A DNA stretch of 24,000 nt from sequence record JX306041.1, one strand, 5' to 3'. This stretch comes from Stenotrophomonas phage IME13. The notes below the pieces were generated by a model. That model was not told the DNA's origin. It did no database searches and saw only the letters and a program-made list of their open reading frames with translations. How positions within the stretch are numbered: the first letter of the stretch is position 1; the number at the start of each line of letters is the position of its first letter. The position numbers were made by a program, and so were the translations under genes. Positions 7,464 to 14,403 of this stretch are shown piece by piece.

Positions 7464-7715
7464 TTATTCAATAATTTCCATGAAATAATGAAGTTCTTCG
7501 TCGTCGAAAATGATTCCGCCACCACCTGTTGATTCCGGCAGCTCGATCATCACACCATCAGAATCGACCAAACGGTATTGAACATTTTTGTGTGGGTCAA
7601 ACCGAGCCAAAAATTCGTCTGGCATGAATTTCTCAAATTCGGCGTTGTACGAGGCAGATTTAGCAAAAGCTTTACGATGTTCCGGGGATTTGAATTTAAC
7701 TCGAACGATTTTCAT
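7464..7715 (-). CDS. Hypothetical small protein (83 aa), FKSxEHRxAFA family
   Basis: MKIVRVKFKSPEHRKAFAKSASYN...; promoter-like element upstream. Confidence 0.8.
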   Translation of the reverse strand: MKIVRVKFKSPEHRKAFAKSASYNAEFEKFMPDEFLARFDPHKNVQYRLVDSDGVMIELPESTGGGGIIFDDEELHYFMEIIE

Positions 7716-7745
7716 GATGTACTCCTTAGTTGATTTGATGGAGCC

Positions 7746-7775
7746 ATAATACCACGCTCTTTAAGCATTGTACAC
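7746..7775 (-). promoter_or_regulatory. Early-type promoter candidate GTGTAC-18-TATTAT
   Basis: -35 at 7770-7775, -10 at 7746-7751; short arms GAGC 7741-7744 and GCTC 7756-7759 flank the -10. Confidence 0.6.
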
Positions 7776-7792
7776 TGTTTTTCAAAAACAAC

Positions 7793-7814
7793 AAAGGGCT
7801 CCGAAGAGCCCTTT
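7793..7814 (-). terminator. Hairpin terminator with C(UUCG)G loop after gene 39
   Basis: AAAGGGCTC-TTCG-GAGCCCTTT on the minus strand, immediately after the gene 39 stop codon. Confidence 0.75.
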
Positions 7815-7815
7815 T

Positions 7816-9639
7816 TCATTGCGACATCCATTGTTTTCGAAGTTCTGCTTCATCACCGAGCAGCATTTCGAACAATTCTTCCCAATCGGGTCCAAGATCG
7901 ACGATATCATATTGAGGGTTATTAACAACTTCGGAATATTCATGTTCGCGAAGTGAACCCAATCCTTTGATGTATCGAAGTTCCCAACCTTTGTACTTTT
8001 CCTTTTGCGCATCAAACTCAGTTATGGTATAAAACCACTTGGTCTGCTTTCCTTTAGAAAGAATGACTACTGGAGTTTTTACGAATCGTACGCAGCCCTG
8101 GTTGTACAGTTCTGGCCAACGGGAGAAGAACGCGAGTAGACAAGGGTAAATTGAACCTTGGCCATCTGGATCGGCGTCCGTCATGATAGCAACGTTCTTA
8201 TATTTGCGATTTTCGACATCATCCGGATTTGCTAAGTCAAGACCCATGATTGCACAGATATCTGCCAATTCTCGGTTCTTTAGCACGTCAGAACCTTTCA
8301 TTCCCCAAGTGTTCATAACCTTTCCTCGAAGAGCATATCCACCGTGGAGATCGCTGTCACGAACACTCAACAAATAGCCGATAGCAGAATCACCCTCCGT
8401 GAGGAACAGCGTAGTCTCCTTGGTGGTATCACCCCAAGAACCTGCCTTTATATGCTTAGCGACTTTGGTTTTTGCTGCTGCTTTTTGGGCTTTCGTCAAT
8501 GCCGCTTTTTCTGCAGCCAGGTGACGAGCAAGAGCAGCCTCAATGATTGGCATCAGGATAGCATCATTGTTCATGATTTGCTTTCCTAACTTTTTGAAAT
8601 CCAACTCAATGTGTGATTTCACTTCACCGAGCGGATTAGTCAAACGCTCCTTTGTCTGAGAATCAAACCGAAGATTGCTCATTCCACGAACAATCACAAT
8701 CATTGTCAAGCATTCTTTAATTCGAGCTTTGCTTATTTCAATTTTATGCTTTCGTTTGATTGATGGAATAAGTTCGTCAGAAATGCCATCTATCAAGTAA
8801 TCGATGTGGGAACCACCATTCTTGATATTCAAGCCATTGACATAACTGACCTGGCGGAATCCTTCAGGAGAATTGCAGATTGCGATGCTAAAATTATCAT
8901 TTTCGAGAATGAGAGATTCATCACCGAACATTTTAGCGTATTCTGCAAACTTCATTGAAGCCACTTCACCGTTGATGGTGAATTTAATCTTCGGGAACAC
9001 CACAGACAATGCAGTGATTCGATCTGAAATGATATCTACTATCTGCTGATCGATCGTTTTTCCTTCAAAGTGCTTTTCATCAGGGATGAAATATACCGAC
9101 GTTCCTTTGATTTTACCCGGCTTGGTTTCCCAATTGACTTGAGATGCACCATCAGAGCAAGTGACAGTGAGAAAGTTTTTGCCATCACACGTTTCACCGA
9201 TAAAAGTCTTGGAGAAGAAGTTTGTCAGAGAAGAACCTACGCCATTCATCCCCATTGATACACGTTTAGTATCATCAAAGTTTGAACCTGCCATAGTTTG
9301 TGTCCAGGCAGCAACAGGCTTAGGCATTTCTCCGTCTGGAGTGTTTACCAACGATTGAGGAATACCTCGGCCGTTATCCACTACCGTCACAGAACCTTCA
9401 AGCAAATCAAAGCGAATATCAATCTTATTTGCAAATTTAAAATCAGTACGAATACCTTCGTCAACCGAGTTATCGATGATTTCGTCGATGATTTTTACCA
9501 GACCCGGAACATAGGAAACGGATTGATACTTGCCAAACAAGAATCGCTCGTGTGGTTCATACGCAACAGAACCTACATACATATTTGGGCGAAGAATTAC
9601 GTGTTCGCGAGGAGTTAGAACTTTGAATTCATCAGACAT
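7816..9639 (-). CDS. 39: DNA topoisomerase II large subunit (ATPase + TOPRIM in one ORF)
   Basis: 607 aa; IDEIIDNSVDEG, VVDNGRGIP, GMNGVGSS (GHKL ATPase); LTEGDSAIGYLL and IMTDADPDGQGSI (TOPRIM). Confidence 0.95.
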   Translation of the reverse strand: MSDEFKVLTPREHVILRPNMYVGSVAYEPHERFLFGKYQSVSYVPGLVKIIDEIIDNSVDEGIRTDFKFANKIDIRFDLLEGSVTVVDNGRGIPQSLVNTPDGEMPKPVAAWTQTMAGSNFDDTKRVSMGMNGVGSSLTNFFSKTFIGETCDGKNFLTVTCSDGASQVNWETKPGKIKGTSVYFIPDEKHFEGKTIDQQIVDIISDRITALSVVFPKIKFTINGEVASMKFAEYAKMFGDESLILENDNFSIAICNSPEGFRQVSYVNGLNIKNGGSHIDYLIDGISDELIPSIKRKHKIEISKARIKECLTMIVIVRGMSNLRFDSQTKERLTNPLGEVKSHIELDFKKLGKQIMNNDAILMPIIEAALARHLAAEKAALTKAQKAAAKTKVAKHIKAGSWGDTTKETTLFLTEGDSAIGYLLSVRDSDLHGGYALRGKVMNTWGMKGSDVLKNRELADICAIMGLDLANPDDVENRKYKNVAIMTDADPDGQGSIYPCLLAFFSRWPELYNQGCVRFVKTPVVILSKGKQTKWFYTITEFDAQKEKYKGWELRYIKGLGSLREHEYSEVVNNPQYDIVDLGPDWEELFEMLLGDEAELRKQWMSQ

Positions 9640-9674
9640 TAATATTCCTCATAATGAATTGATAGAGTAGTGCC

Positions 9675-9703
9675 ATTATATCACCACTCAGTGTTTTGCG
9701 AAC
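9675..9703 (-). promoter_or_regulatory. Promoter candidate GTTCGC-17-TATAAT upstream of gene 39
   Basis: -35 at 9698-9703, TGATATAAT -10 at 9675-9680; near-perfect arms GAGTAGTG 9665-9672 and CACCACTC 9682-9689. Confidence 0.5.
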
Positions 9704-9741
9704 ATGAGCACAATACTCGCAACGACAGCCACAGTAGGCAT

Positions 9742-10140
9742 TTAGTCCTCCCAAATGGATTTTTTAACATCTTTCATTTGAGATTTGTAAAGCAAAGACA
9801 TCAAATTTCTAGTTTGATCGAAATCAGGATTAGCAATATTGTCTTTGCGAATTTCAGCCAGAGCTTTATACAATTTTCGGAAACTGATACCTTGACATTG
9901 GCTTGTTTTGGCGTCTTTCCAAGTACCATCTAAACAAATTACCCACTTCGAAAATGGACCAGCTTTCCGATCTTTTGGCCACATTGTCATGCCATACTTT
10001 TTGAGCCATGCGTTAATTTCAGTGATTTCGTTTTTGCATTTACCTTTCCAATAGTCATCCCACGTGGACACACAACACGCAATAAGGAAGACTATGACAA
10101 CGGCGATAAAAATTACTTGGTACATGCTTTCATCATCCAT
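9742..10140 (-). CDS. Hypothetical protein with N-terminal transmembrane segment
   Basis: 132 aa; MYQVIFIAVVIVFLIACCVS hydrophobic stretch. Confidence 0.75.
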   Translation of the reverse strand: MDDESMYQVIFIAVVIVFLIACCVSTWDDYWKGKCKNEITEINAWLKKYGMTMWPKDRKAGPFSKWVICLDGTWKDAKTSQCQGISFRKLYKALAEIRKDNIANPDFDQTRNLMSLLYKSQMKDVKKSIWED

Positions 10141-10625
10141 TTTTCAGCTTTCAATTTGAGTTGGAAATTCAATTCGGTTTTAATCAAATCCACAATCTGT
10201 GTTTCACTGAGTTCAGGATAATCTTCCTTGTATTGCAAATACAGCATGTCGCAAATACAGTTCATAATATCTGCAGCTTCACCGACTGGGCGTTCATCAC
10301 AACGTTCTGGCTGGTTCAGTGACTTAGCAAATTCACCTACTTCTTCCATCAGCTTGCCCATCACAAAACCCATCGATCTTGGAGGAACAGCCATGCTAGC
10401 GTTAAAGCTGCTAGTCATATCGATTTTAACGTCATCAATCATTTCAATGAAGAATTGACTAATTTCCATATCGAATTTGATTTTAGATTTCGAGAAATAC
10501 ACTCCATCGACTTTTTCATAAATCTGGTTTTCTATAAAATTGATGACCAGATTTGCGCTATCCACTGGAATATCATGGTAATGATTAATAACTGCTTCAC
10601 GGTCAATACATTTCAGACGAATCAT
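10113..10625 (-). CDS. MazG-like nucleotide pyrophosphohydrolase domain protein
   Basis: 170 aa; VMGKLMEEVGEFAKSLN...GEAADIMNCICDMLYL matches the EExxE...ExxD pattern of MazG-like proteins. Confidence 0.75.
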   Translation of the reverse strand: MIRLKCIDREAVINHYHDIPVDSANLVINFIENQIYEKVDGVYFSKSKIKFDMEISQFFIEMIDDVKIDMTSSFNASMAVPPRSMGFVMGKLMEEVGEFAKSLNQPERCDERPVGEAADIMNCICDMLYLQYKEDYPELSETQIVDLIKTELNFQLKLKAEKWMMKACTK

Positions 10626-10852
10626 TTTTGCTCCTCAAATTCAAAGTATCGTTGTTCTTCGAGTGGAATTCCAATGTGGTATCCAAGGAAAGTAGCATTT
10701 GTTCTCAATGTCCCGTCTGGCATTGTTTCGAGAACTTCAAGTTCTCCGGATTTGGATTTCAGCTCAAGCGTACTTGCCCATAACCTCTGCCCTTCCGTTT
10801 TACAAAAACGCTGTTGATATTCGGAAAGAGGGATTTTCAATTTAATTTTCAT
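10622..10852 (-). CDS. Hypothetical small protein (76 aa)
   Basis: Start revised from 10942 to 10852: CGAGGTTCAAAATGAAAATT has an RBS, and this removes most of the overlap with the upstream ORF. Confidence 0.65.
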   Translation of the reverse strand: MKIKLKIPLSEYQQRFCKTEGQRLWASTLELKSKSGELEVLETMPDGTLRTNATFLGYHIGIPLEEQRYFEFEEQK

Positions 10853-11066
10853 TTTGAACCTCGAAATATTGCTTGCAGTTCGCAGAAATTCTGCCGCGCC
10901 AACAACGACCGCAGACATTGAGAAGCCATTCGGGGCCATCATTGCCTATAACACGAAGTTGCCTCCCTTTTGCAAATTCAACAATAGTCCTTGCCAATTT
11001 GTAAGATTGACTGTCTTGGCGGTTTGCATTTATGAAACCTTTCTCATCAACAAGACGAATTCTCAT
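10842..11066 (-). CDS. Hypothetical small protein (74 aa)
   Basis: Track start is 11084; internal MRIRLVDEKG start preferred to reduce overlap. Confidence 0.65.
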   Translation of the reverse strand: MRIRLVDEKGFINANRQDSQSYKLARTIVEFAKGRQLRVIGNDGPEWLLNVCGRCWRGRISANCKQYFEVQNEN

Positions 11067-11067
11067 T

Positions 11068-11388
11068 TTACTGTCCGTATTCAAGTTTCACTAAAATTCG
11101 TTGTCCGCGTTTCATGGAAACATCGACAATTCCCCTCAAACCAATCAGCTCGTACGCGTACGTGACAGATTGCGGAAAATTAGTCGCAATGACTTTGCGA
11201 ATTTTCTCTTTATACTCAGCCATTTGAGCTTGAGACTCGTTGTATGCCTTAGTCTTAAAGAGTTTGCCCCAAGTGTCTTGATTGTTTGCGCCAATGGAGT
11301 TCATTTCGATGAAAAGGTCATACAATTCCTTTTCAACTCCATGACTTTTTTCTTCACACAGCAGCAATCTATGATTCGGAGCTCCCAT
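11068..11388 (-). CDS. Hypothetical protein (106 aa)
   Basis: Minus-strand ORF in a tightly packed array. Confidence 0.75.
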   Translation of the reverse strand: MGAPNHRLLLCEEKSHGVEKELYDLFIEMNSIGANNQDTWGKLFKTKAYNESQAQMAEYKEKIRKVIATNFPQSVTYAYELIGLRGIVDVSMKRGQRILVKLEYGQ

Positions 11389-11603
11389 CAGATTTTACCC
11401 TTCAGTTCTTCATAGACACCTTCTTTCAGCACCCAAGTGGTACCTTCTGCGGTGATAACACGTTCGAGAACAGCAATTCGTGTATTGCCTTCGAAAACAT
11501 ACAGAACGGTAGTATAGCAGAGATGCTCTTCGTGGGATTTCTCGACAACAGAAACCTTGTTGGAAAACATTACGTCGAGGAAGAAATCTTTGGAAATACG
11601 CAT
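11388..11603 (-). CDS. Hypothetical small protein (71 aa)
   Basis: Start revised from 11636 (which lies inside the -10 box) to 11603; GGAGTAATGAAAATGCGT gives an RBS with 8-nt spacing. Confidence 0.65.
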   Translation of the reverse strand: MRISKDFFLDVMFSNKVSVVEKSHEEHLCYTTVLYVFEGNTRIAVLERVITAEGTTWVLKEGVYEELKGKI

Positions 11604-11634
11604 TTTCATTACTCCATGTTTGTTTGATGTGGCC

Positions 11635-11664
11635 ATTATAAAACAGCCACATCAAGTTGTACAC
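11635..11664 (-). promoter_or_regulatory. Early-type promoter GTGTAC-18-TATAAT with inverted repeat flanking the -10
   Basis: -35 at 11659-11664, -10 at 11635-11640; perfect 10-bp arms TTGATGTGGC 11624-11633 and GCCACATCAA 11646-11655. Confidence 0.7.
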
Positions 11665-11916
11665 TTAAATTTCGTACTCAGAGATAAATTCAGCAAAATC
11701 TTTTTCTACACGAACGTTGGTCTGTTCGAGTTCGCAAATGATAGCATCGCCATCTTGCTTGACGTGATACTCGTAACCGACAGCCTGAGGATCCATAGTA
11801 GCATACATATCATCAGCACATGAGAAAACTTGACAGCCTCTAGAAGCAATCGAATAGGCACAAATGTTGGCTTCAATTGCAAATGCTACACCGAATTTGT
11901 TAATTGTGTAAATCAT
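11665..11916 (-). CDS. Hypothetical small protein (83 aa)
   Basis: Minus-strand ORF downstream of an early-type promoter. Confidence 0.7.
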   Translation of the reverse strand: MIYTINKFGVAFAIEANICAYSIASRGCQVFSCADDMYATMDPQAVGYEYHVKQDGDAIICELEQTNVRVEKDFAEFISEYEI

Positions 11917-11948
11917 AAAAAGTACTCCTTGTTGTTTAACTTGAAGCT

Positions 11949-11977
11949 ATTTTATCATGAAGCACTATCTTGTACAC
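11949..11977 (-). promoter_or_regulatory. Early-type promoter candidate GTGTAC-17-TAAAAT
   Basis: -35 at 11972-11977, -10 at 11949-11954; leader AGCTTCAAGTTAAACAA matches those after the 2041 and 7419 promoters. Confidence 0.6.
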
Positions 11978-11990
11978 TAGTTTTGAAAAC

Positions 11991-12014
11991 AAAAAGGGGC
12001 TCCGAAGAGCCCCT
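11991..12014 (-). terminator. Intrinsic terminator with C(UUCG)G loop
   Basis: Minus strand AGGGGCTC-TTCG-GAGCCCCT followed by TTTT. Confidence 0.9.
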
Positions 12015-12036
12015 ATATAAATCAGATGAAACGACA

Positions 12037-12119
12037 AACTGGATTCGTGCAAGCACGACGGGCGAAGCCCGGTTCTTTTTATTCCAGTTAGTCACTCAGT
12101 TGTTTTATCAATTCAACTG
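12037..12119. other. Nested/tandem stem-loop cluster in the intergenic region (candidate structured RNA or 3' UTR)
   Basis: AACTGGA 12037-12043 with TCCAGTT 12082-12088 enclosing CGTGC-AA-GCACG 12046-12057 and CGGGC-GAA-GCCCG 12059-12071; a further hairpin TCAGTTG 12095-12101 with CAACTGA 12113-12119. Confidence 0.55.
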
Positions 12120-12172
12120 ACTTTTTATTTATGCTGTTTCCCAGGTGACTCTCGGTGTGGGACCACCAGGTG

Positions 12173-12652
12173 TCACAGGATGAAGTCTGCCTCTTCCAAA
12201 TATGATTCATTGAGACCACATTGGATATGAACCAGGTGTCTAAGTAGGACCTCATCGTGATCATGCATGCACTTGGCGTCATCCAAGACCACCCATCTAT
12301 GGATATTATGATCGGCTACGTGACGAAGAACACCGGTTCCACGAGATTTTCCACCGCCAGTATCGTATGCTTCGGAATGATACGGAAGTTCGAGAAAATC
12401 ACATATCATTTTTCCAGTATCACGCAAAACGACCCACGAGCTAATTACAACCACTTTAGCATCATGTTTCTTTAGCCATTCCCTTAGCAAACTGAGTCTA
12501 TGGTTGCTGACAAAATCGCCACGATTGTATGGCGAAACGCGATACAGGTGACTGTTCTTGTCAGTTCTCCATTCCATGTGATCATCCTGCGTATTGAGAA
12601 CACCGTCAATATCCAGATAAACAACTACTTCTTCATTTACTTGCTGATCCAT
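12173..12652 (-). CDS. HAD-like phosphatase/hydrolase
   Basis: 159 aa from revised start 12652; VVYLDIDGVLN (motif I), VVVISSW (motif II), RWVVLDDAK (motif IV); RBS CGAGGCCCAAAATG. Confidence 0.75.
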   Translation of the reverse strand: MDQQVNEEVVVYLDIDGVLNTQDDHMEWRTDKNSHLYRVSPYNRGDFVSNHRLSLLREWLKKHDAKVVVISSWVVLRDTGKMICDFLELPYHSEAYDTGGGKSRGTGVLRHVADHNIHRWVVLDDAKCMHDHDEVLLRHLVHIQCGLNESYLEEADFIL

Positions 12653-13026
12653 TTTGGGCCTCGTTTGGTTCGTTGAATCCAACGGAAATCGGTGTTGATG
12701 ACACGGTTCAAAACATGATGAGTCGCTGATTTTGATAGCCAAAACTGAAACTTCAGTTTTCGAGTGTCTCGACTTCTGATAAAAAGCTCATCCGCCCCAG
12801 ACAAGCAGCCGTAAATCAATCTGTCATGATCATGAACGGCAACTTCGCGACCCTTGAGGAAGCAGTGTCGTGCGACCCGCAAAATAGCACAAAAATCTTC
12901 AGTTGAAATGAATTTTGCAAAGTGCGGGTTATTGTTAGCAAACGTAAATCCGCGTGTGCCATATTTGCAACCATTTGCTGGAACCAAGCCGAAGTGATAT
13001 GCTAGCCAAGCGTAATTTTGCTTCAT
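12637..13026 (-). CDS. Hypothetical protein (129 aa)
   Basis: Start revised to 13026 (ATGA overlap with the upstream ORF, GTGGAGATTCGAGAATG RBS). Confidence 0.7.
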   Translation of the reverse strand: MKQNYAWLAYHFGLVPANGCKYGTRGFTFANNNPHFAKFISTEDFCAILRVARHCFLKGREVAVHDHDRLIYGCLSGADELFIRSRDTRKLKFQFWLSKSATHHVLNRVINTDFRWIQRTKRGPKWISK

Positions 13027-13271
13027 TCTCGAATCTCCACTAGTACACCATCCCTGAAAGGATTTGGTTTTGCGACCCACGTTTTGGCCGTCGGATGCTT
13101 TTGTCCAAGCATTTCACCAATGGATTTAATCAACGCTTCATATCGCGCATTATAATCTTTTCGTTTGACAAACCGCAGAAACATCGTTGAATTCAACCGA
13201 TTTCGGATTTCCATTGCTGTTTGGATCGTTGTACCCCAGAAGCTATCTGCGGCGTAATGCTCGTAAATCAT
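13023..13271 (-). CDS. Hypothetical small protein (82 aa)
   Basis: Coupled by 4-nt overlaps with neighbours. Confidence 0.75.
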   Translation of the reverse strand: MIYEHYAADSFWGTTIQTAMEIRNRLNSTMFLRFVKRKDYNARYEALIKSIGEMLGQKHPTAKTWVAKPNPFRDGVLVEIRE

Positions 13272-13525
13272 TCTGATACCTCATTTTTAGCCCATTCAAT
13301 GATTACATTGTAATCACCACTAACAAACGCCTGAGGAACATCTATTGCAATTTGGAATTCTTCCATTGGAGAATTAACATCACCTTCGACACACAAAACT
13401 CCATTAACCCTGTTAAATTCCCATGCCCCGTTAATAACATAAGCACTTTGAATTTTGTCATCTCGCCAGGTGATGTGCGATAAAAGAAGGGGTTTTTTCA
13501 ACCCCTCTCCGAAAACAACTATCAT
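13268..13525 (-). CDS. Hypothetical small protein (85 aa)
   Basis: 4-nt ATGA overlap with the ORF upstream, GCGGAGTGTCCGTAAATG RBS; contains a hairpin in the 5' coding region. Confidence 0.65.
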   Translation of the reverse strand: MIVVFGEGLKKPLLLSHITWRDDKIQSAYVINGAWEFNRVNGVLCVEGDVNSPMEEFQIAIDVPQAFVSGDYNVIIEWAKNEVSE

Positions 13526-14001
13526 TTACGGACACTCCGCGGGTCAACATCATCACCGGTGGGAATATCGTCGAGACCGAGAGCATATCGCTTGGAATAA
13601 AGCAATTCTAGCGCAGCCTTGGCACAATCGTGAATTGCGTTATGAGCAACAAATCCATCTAAAACACCCTTAGGCATAGGGCACATGGTCATATCTCGCA
13701 TCAGCAGAGTAGCTTCTACAGCAGTACGAACATCACGTTGCTGCCAGAAGAAACACGGCTCATATTTGAATGTTTCACGGGTGTTGTAAATTTTGCGGAT
13801 AACATCGACCATAATAGGAAAATCGAAGCTTTGACCGCGGCACCATCCCTGACCTGTTTTCTTGTCAAACCCTTGTGCTGCAAGAAAGTCAAGGAAGCTT
13901 TCATAAAATTCCATGACGCTGACATCTTCACTCGACGGTTTAAGATGCTTTTTGAGCTTCGACATCCTGTTTTTTCCACCAGTCGATTGTTCCTTGGTCA
14001 A
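13522..14001 (-). CDS. dexA: DexA exonuclease, C-terminal part (frameshifted relative to the N-terminal part)
   Basis: HLKPSSEDVS...GWCRGQSFDFPIMVDVIRKIY...FFWQQRDVRTAVEATLLMRDMTMCPMPKGVLDGFVAHNAIHDCAKAALELLYSKRYALGLDD matches the C-terminal two thirds of T4 DexA. Authentic homology starts around 13948. Confidence 0.88.
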   Translation of the reverse strand: MTKEQSTGGKNRMSKLKKHLKPSSEDVSVMEFYESFLDFLAAQGFDKKTGQGWCRGQSFDFPIMVDVIRKIYNTRETFKYEPCFFWQQRDVRTAVEATLLMRDMTMCPMPKGVLDGFVAHNAIHDCAKAALELLYSKRYALGLDDIPTGDDVDPRSVRK

Positions 14002-14188
14002 AGAATCTCATGCCTTTTTGTTCTTGCAAATTGAATTTGAATCGACGCCCGCGTTTGCACAGGTCTTCAAATGTAGGCAGTTTGTATGGGTCATGCTCAA
14101 ACACCAAAACTGCAAGGTCAACTACCGCACCGTCAGGAGCATTTCCCATAGTTTCCCAGTCAATAATAAAATCCGTCACTTTGCTCAT
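13940..14188 (-). CDS. dexA: DexA exonuclease, N-terminal part
   Basis: MSKVTDFIIDWETMGNAPDGAVVDLAVLVFE...GMRFFDQGTIDWWKKQDVEAQK matches the T4 DexA N-terminus with the Exo I D-x-E motif. Confidence 0.88.
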   Translation of the reverse strand: MSKVTDFIIDWETMGNAPDGAVVDLAVLVFEHDPYKLPTFEDLCKRGRRFKFNLQEQKGMRFFDQGTIDWWKKQDVEAQKAS

Positions 14189-14403
14189 ACTAATCTACTC
14201 TCCACTTGGTTTGGTTTAATGTGCAATACCATATCAAAAGCATCACTCAATATGCGATAACCTCCGAATTTGTATTGTAATACGGTTCCGCTATAGCGAT
14301 ACCCGTTTTTGATAAAATAGACCAGTTGACCTGGTCTATAAATCGCTTTTTCGGGATACTTATACGAAACAGACATTTTTGCGGGCACGAGTATTTCCGA
14401 CAT
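14185..14403 (-). CDS. Hypothetical small protein (72 aa)
   Basis: Between dexA and dda, 4-nt overlap with dexA and AGGA upstream of the ATG. Confidence 0.7.
   Translation of the reverse strand: MSEILVPAKMSVSYKYPEKAIYRPGQLVYFIKNGYRYSGTVLQYKFGGYRILSDAFDMVLHIKPNQVESRLV

Noticed and set aside
12037-12088. tRNA gene, because of the 7-bp closing helix AACTGGA/TCCAGTT
   Set aside because: Only 52 nt in total, two inner hairpins with 2-3 nt loops, no anticodon arm and no T-loop consensus, so it is not a canonical tRNA.
12088-12282. Minus-strand 64-aa ORF
   Set aside because: It overlaps the HAD-like gene in another frame and has low-complexity, unlikely composition. The intergenic part is better explained by stem-loops.
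13716-13979. Minus-strand 87-aa ORF overlapping dexA
   Set aside because: Third frame across strongly conserved DexA sequence, with no support.
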